Positions 1-17,027 of a DNA stretch of 64,000 bases are shown piece by piece. Source of the DNA: Octopus vulgaris (lineage: Eukaryota); contig OX597834.1 in NCBI GenBank assembly GCA_951406725.2, forward strand, positions 12,028,001 to 12,092,000. Direction: 5' to 3'. Position 1 is the stretch's first letter. Each line of letters starts with the position of its first letter. The notes beneath the pieces are model-generated. The model had not been told where the DNA came from, did no database searches, and saw nothing but the letters and a program-made list of their open reading frames with translations. The translations under genes were made by a program, and so were the position numbers.

Positions 1-214
1 CTTCCCAGAAAGTAGCGGTTCGACAAGCAGGAAAAACAGAACTAAATACAGGATTTCCAACTATTACCTGTTTGAAATCGATTAACTCAAAACCAGCAAC
101 TGAGGCCAGGAAAGGAATAAAGGATTATCTATCTGCAAATATATATCTTTACGTGTGTGTGCTCGTGTTCCTACTGTACGTTTGTGTGTATACATACATA
201 ATATATATATATAC

Positions 215-273
<59 letters not shown>

Positions 274-292
274 AAACACACAGTAGTAGTAA

Positions 293-337
<45 letters not shown>

Positions 338-445
338 CAGCAATAATCCATGGAAGGAATTATATAATTTTTTTAATATTTCAATGCATATTTATAAATT
401 GCATCCATGGATTATTACTATCACTATATATATATATATATATAT

Positions 446-605
446 AGGTGTAGCTGTGCGGTAAGAAGCTTGCTTCACAACTACATAGTTCTGGGTTCAG
501 TCCCACTGCGTGGCAATTTGGGCATGTGTCTCCTGCTATAACCTCGGACCGAACAAAGCCTTGTGGGTGGATTTGGTAGACAGAAACCGAGAAAAGCCCG
601 TCGTA
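446..605 (+). mobile_element. SINE family A, 5' half (tRNA-like head plus CORE-like domain), running into an internal microsatellite
   Basis: Matches the full copies at 17736 and 35185 (GCTGTGyGGTAAG..GGTTCAGTCCCACTGCGTGGCA..TTGGGCA..GCCTTGTG.GTGGATTTGGTAGAC..CCCGTCGTA). Confidence 0.85.
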
Positions 606-663
606 TACATACAACATATATACATACATACATACTTACATATATACATACATACATACTTAC

Positions 664-716
<53 letters not shown>

Positions 717-778
717 GTGTGTGTGTGTGTGTGTATGTTGATATAGATATAAAAGGGAGAGTGAGAGAGAAAGACAAG

Positions 779-940
779 ACGGACTTCCGAACAGTATCCA
801 TTTATCAGATTCAGTAACAAGTTATTGGTAGACTTAGAGCTGTTATAGAAGACACAAGGCCGAAGGTGCCTTAGTACTGAACCCGAAAGTGAAACCTCTT
901 GGTTCTAAAGAGGTATTCTTAAGCGCACAGATATGCCTGA
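779..940 (-). mobile_element. Old degenerate SINE family A head
   Basis: Weak similarity to the family A head on the minus strand (ATAGAAGACAC..AAGGTGCC..ACTGAACCCGAA). Confidence 0.5.
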
Positions 941-2319
941 ACTTGAAAGCAAGTATTTCTACAAAAATTCATATCGCCGGTAGAGTACGAAACTACGACA
1001 TCTGAGGAATGAAGTGAAACGCTATGTATAGTGTTTTGTCTTGTAACCTACAACATTCGCCATCGCCCAGACCAACTCCGTAACTAAGTAAATTAATAGA
1101 TTGTAAGAAAAAACATAAAATGGAAAATTTGTTTTGAAAGCGAAGATGAATTATGTCATTAAAGAGAACTCGAGTAATATAGATGCTATATTACACGCAG
1201 ACTTACTGCGTAGTTTCACCTTTCACTTGTGCGTAAACTATCACACTAAAATAGTTTTAAAATATATATAACAAAAGAAGAAATTTAAAAAAAGAAGCAA
1301 TGCAAACTGAAGCTGCTATTGATACGAGAAGAGGAGAAAATGAAATGAATCTTTCATTTCAGAGTCTCATTTAGCTGTCGCTAAGTAACATCAAATTTAA
1401 TTAGATTTTATATTTTTATAGTTTATCAAGTTTTTACGCATCGATTTCAATTGTCATTTTTGAGTTGTTCTTAAGTATTACATTTCTTTTATATTTCTCT
1501 AATTTATAGAATTTTGCTTCTATAATTATTATTTTTGCTTCATTTTTATTTATTTCTCTCATCAGGTTACAAGTCACAATTTTTGCACAACACAAAGAAG
1601 ACCATTAGCTGCCTAGTTGCCAATAAAATTATCGAAGTTCACAGTAAATGCTCATCTATAAATGAGAATAGACAATTATAACTAATGTATGCATGTATAG
1701 AATGAAAACATTTCACTAAAGGCTGCTGACTTCTTTGATTTATCTATATAGGTGCTACATCATTTCACCATGATTTATTGGTTAGCAAAGTATTTCTTCA
1801 AAAAATTACAGAAACGCCATTTTATTCAGTAAAGAGTCATATCCGTTTAATCATGTTGAAAATCAGAAAACAAATCATTCTTAATGGGGGTACATTTATA
1901 CAAGTTAGAAACAAGCCAAGATTTAATTTACAGTAAACACAGACTTTTTCAAAAGCAATATACACACAAACTCGTGTTCACACACGCACATCTATATACA
2001 GACACACACCCACATACATATATATATGTATGCATGCATATACATATAGGTATGCCTGAATACACACACACACATATATATATAGATATAAATATATATA
2101 TATATATACACACACACACATATATACACATATATATATACATATATATACACACACATATATATATATATACACACACATATACACACACACATATATA
2201 TATATACACATATATGTATGTATATATACATATATATATGTATGGATATATATACATACATACATACAATCTACGTACGTATATTGATAAACTATTAATG
2301 TTAACATTTTCATTACAAC

Positions 2320-2450
2320 TGAACCGGCAGAAACGTTAGCGTGCAGGATAAATTACGGTTCCAACACATAACATTCTGCGTTCGAAACCCAGCAAGGTCG
2401 TCTTTGCATCTTATATCCCCCAAGTTCGTTAAAAAATATATCAGTGGAGT
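2320..2450 (+). mobile_element. Degenerate SINE family B
   Basis: GGCAGAAACGTTAGC...CATTCTGCGTTCGAAACCCAGCAAGGTCGTCTTTGC resembles the family B head. Confidence 0.55.
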
Positions 2451-2647
2451 CCTTACTGAGGGCAGAACATATTTAGCAGGCCGGTTAACATGCTTAGCGA
2501 CATAACTACCGGGCTTATGCAGCCGAATTAGAATTTGACTTCCATCATTCGGGGTCAGTAAAATAAGAACCCGTTCAGATATTTCCTTTGATAATATTGA
2601 TTTGCTCGTCCCACCGAAATTGGAATCCTCGTTCCAACATTTGAAAA

Positions 2648-3160
2648 CACCACCACCACTAATACTACTACTAACACCACTAACACCACTACCGCTGCTA
2701 CCACAACTACTACTACTACTACTACTACTGCTACTACTACTACTACCACTACCACCACTATCACTACTACCACTACTACTACTACCACTACCACAACTAC
2801 TACTACTACCACTACCACAACTACCACTACCACTACCACAACTACCACTACTACTACTACTACCACTACCACTACTACTACTACTACCACTACCACAACT
2901 ACTACTACTACCACTACCACAACTACTACAACTACTACTACTACTACTACTACCACTACCACAACTACTACTACTACCACCACCACTACCACCACTACCA
3001 CCACTACCACCACTACCACTACTACCACCACCACCACCACCACCACCACCACTACCACTACCACTACTACCACTACTACTACTACTACTACTGATGTTAC
3101 TGTTGCTGCTACTCCCACTACTACTAGTCTTACAACTACTACTAGTACTGCTACAACTGC
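2648..3160. repeat. Compound (CTA/CCA)n trinucleotide microsatellite
   Basis: Directly visible; it produces the spurious Ser/Gly, poly-Val and Leu/Pro ORFs. Confidence 0.95.
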
Positions 3161-4245
3161 TGATACCACTACTAGATATAATATTCGTGTCGATGTTGAC
3201 TTTGGTTTTGAAGTACCTTGGCGTACTCATCGTCATCGCAGTGTCAGCAACAGCAAATGTGAGGAAACGGTAGCAAACCAGCAACAACAACAACAACAAC
3301 AATAACAACAGAATTAACGCCTCTAACTATTCGTGTGGCACGTTTTAATACATGCTGTCAGTCGCAAACATTTGAGATAGGATATGTACTTGCGAATCAC
3401 ATTAAAATTGACACATAGTGAACAAATGCGAAACAACATATATCCATCTAATTGAAATAAATTATATTTAAGTAGAAATTTATCAAATATGGCAGTCTAT
3501 CCATCAATTTGTTACATTTCGGTATTCTAGAACATCAGAACTGTTATTCAAATATTCTTAGATTCAGCCATTAGTGATATTAATCCATACCGCGCAGTAA
3601 ACGAGATAAATACGTTAAAATGTTTTATCATGAGTAAAATGATAGCAAAAACATATAAATGGAATATTATATAAATGAAATATATATTGATATTAATGTT
3701 ATGCTATGGTACATACTGAATTTGGTTTTGGAAAGTGTCGATTAAAATGGTAATATAACCATAGAGGTAATATTTTTATGTGTTTAGTGTTGTGATATGA
3801 AATATATGCAAAGGACTTATGCTTTAAGTATTATTGTGACCCAGACAAAAAGTGATGTGTACGTGGGAGGAACATCTCCTCGCAATAAGTATGTGTTTCT
3901 ATCTATCTATCAATCTATGTCATATATATATATATATATATATATATATCCAACATTCTAATATCTGAAAGTTGATGAACAAACTAAATTTGTTTCTCCA
4001 TTTTCTTATTTGTATTATAAATTGACAGTAAAATATTTTTTTACCTTCACCCATTTAATACAATAAATAAGTTAATTGCATTGCAATTAAAAACATTTAT
4101 GTATTAACAATCTGGGTAATTTACCAACAGTATATTGGATAAATACTATAAACCCTAACTTACTTTGTGTTATTTATTTATATATATAAATAGAGAGAGA
4201 TAGAGAGATACAGACACGCGGGCATATATATATACATATATATAT

Positions 4246-4631
4246 ACTTTTCTACTCTAGGTACAAGGCCCGAAATTTTGAGGGAGTGCGTCAGTCGATT
4301 AGATCGACCACAGTACGCAACTGGTACTTATTTTATTGACCCTGAAAGGATGAAAGGCAAAGTCGACCTCGGCTGAATTCGAACTCAGAAGAAATACTTA
4401 TTTCTTTACTACCAACAAGGGGCTAAACACAGAGGGGACAAAAAAGGACAGACAAACGGATTAAGTCGATTATATCGACCTCAGTGCATAACTGGTACTT
4501 ATTTAATCGACCCCGAAAGGATGAAAGACAAAGTCGACCTCGGCGGAATTTGAACTCAGAACGTAACGGCAGACGAAATACGGCAACGCATTTCGCTCAG
4601 CGTGCTAACGTTTCTGCCAGCTCGCCGCCTT
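4246..4631 (-). mobile_element. SINE family B (tRNA head plus Nin/Deu-like domain): one full copy at 4397-4631 abutting a partial copy at 4246-4390
   Basis: The reverse complement reads GGCGGCGAGCTGGCAGAAACGTTAGC...GAGTTCAAATTCCGCCGAGGTCGACTTTG..TTTCATCCTTTCGGGGTCGAT..AAGTACCAG. It has a B-box-like GTTCAAATTCC and a Nin-domain-like CATCCTTTCGGGGTCGATAAA. Confidence 0.9.
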
Positions 4632-5655
4632 TGGAATGTACTATCAGCTATCGAGGCGTTCATCTTTGTTTTGTATTAATATTCCCAACCAGATGACCAT
4701 CACTCATAATAGCGCCAATCAATCACCGAAGCTTCATTATCCACACCCATATGATGATGTGTGCTGACAATGAATGCACGTCTTCTGTGACAGCGAGTAC
4801 AAAAATCATTGTAACTACATCAATAAAAGATAATAATTGAAAACAAACATTAAAAGTAACGCAAACTACACGAGGAACCAATAGAAAAAAAATGAACAGC
4901 TGTAACTATGAAAAAGTGTCGTTCTCTTTAGGAGTGTTTGCGACTGCTACACACATTTGCGGCGTTTTGTTTCAATATTAGAAATAATATTCTATTTGTT
5001 TTTTTTTATTGATTTTGTTTTTTATTTCATTTTTTTTTTTTTTGTTTTGTCTGCTGTTGTAGTTTTTGATTAGTTATAGAGTTCGAAATAATCGATGGAA
5101 AATCAATCAATAAAAATTCATCGAAAGATAATTTCGATGATTGTAAATGGAGTTCTTGAAACTGCTTTTTTTACGTGAAAGCAGACATAAATTAATTGAC
5201 TATAAAAAATCGTGGTCAGATATTATAACCACGCCAGATATTAACGCCTTAGACGCATGTACAGACAAGCAACGAACACAAAAGATGCGTGTGAATATAA
5301 CCACGGTGACTGAGAAAGTTATGTAATTCGTCAATCAAAATGCACTCACTCACACCCACGCGCACACTCCACATGATCATTTGCTATCAGAACCCGACTG
5401 TTGTTCTATCCAAGTTTCGGTTTATATTTTCTTAATTAGTTGAAGTTAAATAATCTATTACATCACAAGAATGCTTCCAGCAAAATAATCAGTTCCTTAT
5501 TTGGTTAAATATCAACGAGAACTCCTCCTTCTCTTCCTATTATTATTAGTATTATTATCATTATTATTATCATTATTACTATCATTATTATTATTATTAT
5601 CATTATTATTATCATTATTATTATCATTATTATTATCATTATTATCATTATTATA

Positions 5656-6290
5656 GAGGCAGCGCATTGGCAGAATAGTTAGCACACTGGGTGAAACGCC
5701 GAGTGTTATATCGTCTGCCGCTACGTTTCTGAGTTCAAATTCCGCCGAGATAGACTTTGTCTTTCATCTTTTTCGGAGTCTATAAATTAAGTACCAGTGA
5801 AATACTGGGGTCGATATAATGGCTGCCCTTGTGGTGATATTTGAAACTATTATTATTACGTTCTGAGTTCAAATTCCGCCGAGGTCGACTTTGCCCTCCA
5901 TCCTTTCGGGGTCGATAAATTAAGTACCAGTGAAACACTGGGGTCGATGTAATGGCTGCCCTTGTGGTGATATTTGAAACTATTATTATTACGTTCTGAG
6001 GTCAAATTCTGCCGAGGTCGACTTTACCCTTCATCTTTTTCGGAGTCGATAAATTAAGTACCAGTGAAATACTGGGGTCGATATAATGGCTGCCCTTGTG
6101 GTGATATTTGAAACTATTATTATTACGTTCTGAGTTCAAATTCCGCCGAGGTCGACTTTGCCCTCCATCCTTTCGGGGTCGATAAATTAAGTACCAGTTA
6201 CGCACTGGGGTCGATGTAATCGACTTAATCCCTTTGTCTGTCTTTGTTTGTCCCCTCTATGTTTAGTCCCTTGTGGGTAATAAAGAAACA
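5656..6290 (+). mobile_element. SINE family B with four tandem ~134-bp copies of its central domain
   Basis: Units beginning ACGTT(T)CTGAG start at 5723, 5858, 5991 and 6125. Confidence 0.9.
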
Positions 6291-6639
6291 TTATTATTAT
6301 TATTATTATTATTATTGAGTGAGAGACCATTGCATACTATCAAAGTGATATCACCTACTGTCGCGTATTTACAGGGATTTCTGCACAGTCTCTGGGGCTA
6401 CTTAGTAATGTAAATGCAGATCAATAATGCGATGGACAGAACATAAGCGTGAAAGTGGTACTCCCTTATGTCATCTGTTGCATACGTTGCAGTATTCACA
6501 CATCGATGCAATCTCAAGAATGTCTCTTATAAATCCACATGATTAAACAAACTCCTCGTCATCCGGAGAAGTGGGAAATGCATTTCAAGCATGTTGCAAC
6601 CAAATATATATAATCGTGATGTAAAGACATATTTTATTT

Positions 6640-6826
6640 AGCAAGGTCACGTGGTGTTTATCTTGATATAAGATCACTATCTCACGCACATGTGGGTTTG
6701 ATGGATGCATGTGATTCTTGTACGCTTATCAGACGTGTATTCATGATGGGTAGACTGGGCTTCGTATAATTGTACCCCAGTGTCACTTTGATTGCATGCA
6801 CTGCTCTCTCAATCAATCAATAATAA
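6640..6826 (+). mobile_element. Probable 3' end of a non-LTR element terminating in an (AAT)n-like tail
   Basis: Ends CACTTTGATTGCATGCACTGCTCTCTCAATCAATCAATAATAA. The same end appears inverted at about 6290-6350. Recalled as a common octopus repeat, not verified. Confidence 0.5.
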
Positions 6827-6829
6827 AAA

Positions 6830-7046
6830 CAGTTTCAAATATCACCACAAGGGCAGCCATTTTTAAGGAAGCGGAAAAGTCCCTTCTATCGACCCAAGTG
6901 TTTCACTGGTACTTAATTTATCGAACCCGAAAGGATGAGAGGCAAAGTCTACCTCGGCGGAATTTGAACTCAGAACGTAGCGGCAGATGATATACTACTA
7001 GACGTTTCTCCCGGTGTGCTAACTATTCTACCAGTGCGCTGCCTTT
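6830..7046 (-). mobile_element. SINE family B (old subfamily), right arm of the inverted duplication
   Basis: Reverse complement of the 5656-5857 copy. Confidence 0.85.
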
Positions 7047-7079
7047 ATAATAATAATAATAATAATAATAATAATTCTA

Positions 7080-7442
7080 ACAAGAACAAGGAGAAGAAGA
7101 GGAAAAATAAGAAGAGGAGAGGAAAAAGAGGAAAAAAGAAGAAGAAGAAAAAGAAGAAAAAGAAAAAGAAGAAAAAGAAAAAGAAAAAGAAAATGGAAAA
7201 GAAAAAGAAAAAGAGGAAAAAGAAGAGGAAAAAGAAGAGGAAAAAGAGGAAAAAGAAGAGGAAAAAGAAGAGGAAAAAGAAGAGGAAAAAGAGGGAGAAG
7301 AAGAAGAGGAAAAAGAATAAGAGGAAGATGAGGAAGAGGAAGATGAGGAGAGGAAAAAGAAGACGAGGAAAAAGAGGACGAGGAAAAAGAGGAAGAAAAA
7401 GAAGAGAAAGAAGAAGAAGAAATAGTAGTAGAAGAGGAGGAG
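7080..7442. repeat. Polypurine (GAA/GAAAAA/GAG) low-complexity tract
   Basis: Directly visible; gives the spurious poly-Lys/Arg ORF. Confidence 0.95.
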
Positions 7443-8199
7443 TTATCGTTGATATTTAACCAAATACCGAACGGATTATTTTGCTGGAAGCATTCCTGTG
7501 ATGTAATAGATTATTTAACTTCAACTAATTAAGTTTCGAGTTCAAACGTGTTCCGTGATCGATTTCGTTTTCAATTCTTGCCATGTGGATCACGCAAACA
7601 TTTACATCCATTCACTACACGGTGCCGAGTATTTCTATAAATGTCAAGTATTCTCAAATCTAAGTAATATAAAATGAGTCGTGTATTGAATATCGTATAT
7701 ATAAACATAATAATAATAATAATAGCAACAACAACAGTAACAGCAATAATATATTTACTACTATTTTTATTGTCTAATAGAAAAGATTATATTATTATTA
7801 TTATTATTATTTTATTATTATTATTAATATTGTCATTATTATTATTTTATTATTATTATTAATATTGTCATTATTATTATCATCATCATTACTTTTTTTA
7901 TTATTATTATTATTATTATCATTATTAATATTGTCATTATTATTATCATCATTATGTTAATCATTATTATTATTATTATTATTATTATTAATATTGTCAT
8001 TATTATTATTAATATTGTCATCATCATCATCAATATTGTTGCTCTTGTTGCTGTTATCATCATGATCATCGTTAATGTTATTGTGACAAGAGTCACAACG
8101 TCTGAAATTTGGTCGGGGTAGGGGGGCTTGTTGGAAACGTCTTCGCAGGAAGTGACTGGTGTGTGTGTGTGTGTGTGTGTGTGTACATGTGCGTGTGTA

Positions 8200-9086
8200 T
8201 GTGTGTGTGTTTTTACAAATCTGGATGTGATATATCTCGATCAAGGCATGATACATCTCAAACTGCGTGACCTTGTTATCCTTTGTGCAGAAGAGAAACG
8301 TCCGCATGACTTTTCAAGAGATAGGAGTCAATACAGTGAAAGATAATCGACCTCTCACTATGAAGATAGACATCCATACTGAGACTGCCTGTAGTTAACT
8401 GAGGAACTTAGTTAAATATTTTGGACCCTCTTCTGTTCGCGTAGCTTCCTTAGACATGTGTTTAGTCATACAGTCGGCCACTATAAGCAAACGTGCCGGC
8501 ACAAATGTACCAGAGACTGTCAAGAAAACTGGAAATACCTCTAATTACAGAAATATTTGAACACAATATTAAAAGTGGGATTGATGAAGAAAATACAGTG
8601 GAATGCCAATCAGTTACAGACAAAGAGATATATATCAAGAGACGGCTTGTAATCAGGGTATATAGCGTATTGCAGCCCATGATTGAGAGTGAGTTACTGC
8701 GTGACAAGGAAATAAATGTGGCGTCTGGTTAGTTACGGTATGCGATACTTCAGAACATGGTAAAGCGAAACCATGTTGCTTCTATGAGAAAAAAATCCAG
8801 CTAAGTCACTTGAATTACTGCTCTCAGTTTTAATCGCAAGAAAGCCCAATATTTAACAGCGCAACTCGAATCATACCCGTGGCATTAGTAGACGAAGGTT
8901 GAAGACGCAAAGCAAATGCAGTGAAACGGTAAGAAACGCCAAGAAGTGCGACTGTATTCCGTCCATTACTTCACAGAATCGATTCCGAAGACAGGGCCGG
9001 CAAAAGATTCTAAATACGCTTTAACATTAATGGCGGTACTTCAGTAAGGCAAGAGCTTATTGCTGCAAACGATAACTAAATAATAA
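8200..9086 (+). pseudogene. Possible highly decayed L2/CR1-like LINE 3' fragment
   Basis: One frame from about 8313 reads EIGVNTVKDNRPLTMKIDI..TACS*LRNLVK, weakly like the L2 RT C-terminal LGV..D..L.M..HI..LRN. The 3' end (GGCGGTACTTCAGTAAGGC..) resembles the SINE A tail. Confidence 0.3.
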
Positions 9087-9329
9087 ACTCGAGTCCTTAT
9101 ACATTAGTAAATTTGATTCATTATAGATTAGTGTTACAAAGTATAAAGTCATCCCACGCCAGTAGACATATTACAAGTTCCAATCATATATTAACGCCTG
9201 CGTTCACTATAGTGTGGACGCAAGCGCTAATATATGATTTATAAAAACATGTGACATATTAAATATCTGTAAATATAAAACTATCCAGATTTCTGAGTAC
9301 TTTTATTTCTTCTAATATATAATACCTGT

Positions 9330-9717
9330 GGAGGCGCAATGGCCCAGTGGTTAGGGCAGCGGACTCGCGGTCATAGGATCGTGGTTTCGATTCCCAGACC
9401 GGGAGTAGTGAGTGTTTATTGAGCGAAAACACCTAAAAAAGCTTCACGAGGCTCCGGCAGGGGATGGTGGTAATCCCTGCTGTACTCATTCACCACAACT
9501 TTCTCTCACCCTTACTTCCTGTTTCTGTTGTACCTGTATTTCAAAGGGCCGGCCTTGTCACTCTCTGTGTCACGCTGAATATCCCCGAGAATTACGTTAA
9601 GGGTACACGTGTCTGTGGAGTGCTCAGCCACTTACACGTTAATTTCACGAGCAGGCTGTTCCGTTGATTCGGATCAACCGGAACCCTCGTCGTCGTAACC
9701 GACGGAGTGCTTCCACC
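9330..9717 (+). mobile_element. SINE family C, full length, with a 9-bp target-site duplication
   Basis: A box TGGCCCAGTGG and B box GTTTCGATTCC; TSD AATACCTGT at 9321-9329 and 9718-9726; near-identical copy at 39592. Confidence 0.93.
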
Positions 9718-10454
9718 AATACCTGTACATCATCTCCAAACTTTCTAATATATATATATATATATTGGATAATTCTTTAATATACAATAGCTGTACATTA
9801 CTTCAAACACTCTCTATATATACATACATACAAAATTCAAGGAATACTGGTGGAATATTTCCATCAAAACTTCTGCCAAATGTAAGCATAACAAGCCCGA
9901 TATTGTTGTTTGGGACAGAGGACGAAATCATAGAGGTTAGATGCCCTGCAGATATATTAGAAGTGCCTTTGAGCCTTGAAGTCTCGTATCGTCATCTGAA
10001 GTCGTGCACCATGTGTTTTTTTTGTGCTTTCTGTCTTGTTTTTGAGGCTCAAGACTTTTCATACACTCCTGGTAAATATCAAAACAAATGGACAAATGCT
10101 TCGAAACCTCTAGTAACTATAACCAGACAATGGATTCATATTCATACCAATAATAATTGGAGCATTAGGTTTTGTTAGTACATGCTGAGAAGAGAACCTG
10201 TGATTTTGAGAAAGGGAAATTGACCGGTTGATTCGTACATTACAATCCAATCTGTGAGTGAAACACTGAAAATATGCAACATTTTCTCAAGTTACAAATG
10301 TGAATGTGTCTGTTCAATACAGACCCAAAATGGAGCCTTGTATCTTTGTTGGAGACCAGCTCTTTCCGCACTGGAAGATATATAATAATTATAAAATAGT
10401 AAAAACATACATATATACACAATACACACACACGTATATCCTCTCTAAATGTGT

Positions 10455-10865
10455 ATTCTTTTACGCGTTTCCGCCGTTTGTCTGCGGCCATGCTAGAGCA
10501 TTGCCTTGAAGGGTTTTAGTAGAACAAATCGACAGAAGAACTTATATTTTAAGCCTAGTACTTACTCTATTGATACGTTTTCCCCAACCACTAATTTACG
10601 GGGACGACAGTACACCAACAGCACCTATCAAGGGGGTGGAAAAGTAGACACACACACACACACACACACAAACACACACATATAGATATAATCAAAAAAT
10701 ATATAAACGGCAGACTTCTCTCAGTTTCGGTCCGACAAATCCACTCACAAAGCTTTGAGCGACCTGAGGTTATAGCAGAATGCACTAAACGAAGATGGCA
10801 CAATGTGGGATTGAACCAGGATCTACATGCTTGAGAAACAAGCTTCTTACCATACAGACAAGCCT
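10455..10865 (-). mobile_element. SINE family A, old diverged full-length copy
   Basis: Colinear with the young copies, including the internal (CA)n. Confidence 0.8.
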
Positions 10866-11239
10866 ACCACTCAGACACTCATCTCTTCGGTTACTGTATG
10901 TTCGTGTGTAAGTGCTTGCATAGCGTATGATTGTATGTCCTTTTGCAATGTCTGCTTTCCATACATGCTTGATGGATTACACACACGCACACAAGACCAC
11001 ACACACAATTCAGTATAGTACATATATAGTCCAATACAAGTTTACATGGTTCCATAAAATTTTGCATATTACTTACATGCATTCATACTATATATGTACG
11101 CATATTAGCCGCAGTTCAATAGTGTAACAGCGCGATGTTCACTGCAAGCGATTCGGAACGTATAGATTAATAATTCTCGAAAAATCTAGGGGAAATAGAA
11201 ATTGAAAAACGCACAAGCACTTCACTCACACATCCGTAG

Positions 11240-15260
<4,021 letters not shown>

Positions 15261-16275
15261 TATATATACATATATACTTTCACAAACACACACATACATG
15301 TATGTAGGTATATATATGTATGTCTGCATATGTATATTTATGAACTATTAAAATTATATTCGCCACGGGAAACACCATTTGTTTGCACGTCATGTAATAA
15401 ATCTCTTCCTTACACTCATATTCATGTTTTGGAATGAAACATGCATGTACCATAACGCAAAACATGATACAGCATTTCAATTCTCTGTGGGAAGACTATA
15501 TTTATGTGATACTTATAGATACTAAAAGCTGCTGAATACTATCAGTTTGACTATAAAGTCATCTTTGCTTTGCAGCACTTTATGAAATAAATTTGTACAT
15601 AAACCTATCAAGTTAGTTACATTCCTACTACGAAAACATTTCATAGCAGCAGATTTTTCAGAAATAATATTACTTATAACGTTATAGACAGAATTGCTTG
15701 CTCTTTATATTAACCAATGTGCAACCAGCAGATTGGCAGACTCGGTTAAGAGAATATTTAAATGCTACGCTGTAATTATTTACGACTGGTTGCTTCGAAT
15801 TTCCCTTCCAGCCATCCCGGCTCTATAAAAGACATCGTAGACAAATAAGTAGCATCGATTAACTCGTTTATTCCGTCTTGCTAAATGGACGGCATTGTGC
15901 CAAACTCACTAATCTATATTAACCAGTGTAACCGACGATTAATAATAACATTTTCACTGTTGGTAAATCTCTGTTAGGCTTGTATTCTCTAATGTATATT
16001 TCGTGCTATTTCATAGACTTCTACAGGTTCCAGCCAAAAGTAGTACGGTACCGCCTGCAGGGTTGACACTCGCTTATATCTACTCATGTAAAGGTTTCTA
16101 TCAATCGCCTCTGTGTTTGATCTTTTGCAAATAGTATACCTCAAAGAATAACTATGTTACGCTGTTTGAAGCATACGAGAAGTTGTATACTGATACTATA
16201 AGTTCAAGCTCACACATCCACCAACATATTTGACATATCGGTACATATGCATACGTGCATATGTATATAAGTGTA

Positions 16276-16321
<46 letters not shown>

Positions 16322-16333
16322 TATGTGTGTGTA

Positions 16334-16523
16334 CGCCATGATAGATCGCTAGCCACTACACATCTGTTATTTCCTCTCCTTGTTTCGTTCTGTGTTCCTT
16401 TCGGTGGAAGAGCCAAGGCTCGAAACGTTGAAGACTTTTTCAATTCCCGAGCGTTACACTAATACATCTGTTTGCTGTTTACATCACCCGTCTTCGCCTT
16501 TTGTTTCTTTTTTTGGTGAATTC

Positions 16524-16527
<4 letters not shown>
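16334..16527 (+). mobile_element. Hammerhead-bearing cassette family H2 (Penelope-like terminal repeat / retrozyme-like), between microsatellites
   Basis: CTTT-CGGTGGA-A-GAGCC-AA-GGCTC-GAAA-CGT-T-GAAG at 16398-16433; homologous to 57361-57481; ends directly in (TA)n. Confidence 0.7.
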
Positions 16528-16567
<40 letters not shown>

Positions 16568-16719
16568 ATATACACATATACTTATATACACATATATATT
16601 GACATATACATTCATATATACACACACACACATATATACACACACACATATATACACACACACACATACACACACACACATATATACACACACACACATA
16701 TATACACACACACATATAT

Positions 16720-16802
<83 letters not shown>

Positions 16803-16814
16803 CATGTGTGTGTG

Positions 16815-17027
16815 TATATATTTGTGTGTCAGTGACTCCCCTCCAACATCGCTTGACAACCGATGCTGGTGTGTTTATATCCCTGTAACTTAGCGTTTCG
16901 GTAAAATATCCCGATAGAATAAGCACTACGCTTACAAAGAATACGCCTTGGAGTCGATTTACTCGACTAAATGCGGTGCTCCAGCATGACCACAGCCACA
17001 TGACTGAAACAAGTGAAAGAATAAAAG
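16815..17027 (+). mobile_element. SINE family A, 3' half
   Basis: CAACATCGCTTGACAACCGATGCTGGTGTGTTTA...CCAGCATG..TGACTGAAACAAGT. Confidence 0.85.

Larger units (their letters stand above)
5431..7533. repeat. Large inverted duplication with arms at about 5431-6350 and 6782-7533
   Basis: Unique sequence 5431-5518 is the near-identical reverse complement of 7446-7533. The inner SINE B copies share private variants, and the similarity continues to the GAGAGA..TGCAT..ATCAAAGTGA segment. Confidence 0.85.

Noticed and set aside
2313-3308. 331-aa Ser/Gly-rich ORF with a signal-peptide-like start
   Set aside because: Built from (CTA/CCA)n and (CAA)n tracts that are open in several frames, and its end runs into a degenerate SINE.
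5723-6200. CRISPR-like periodic array
   Set aside because: The units are contiguous SINE-domain repeats with no unique spacers, in eukaryotic context.
7016-7459. Lys/Arg-rich protamine-like ORF
   Set aside because: Translation of a polypurine microsatellite starting inside a SINE.
9330-9405. tRNA gene-like sequence (also at 36348, 39592 and 49037)
   Set aside because: These are tRNA-derived SINE heads that continue into SINE bodies, some with TSDs, not tRNA genes.
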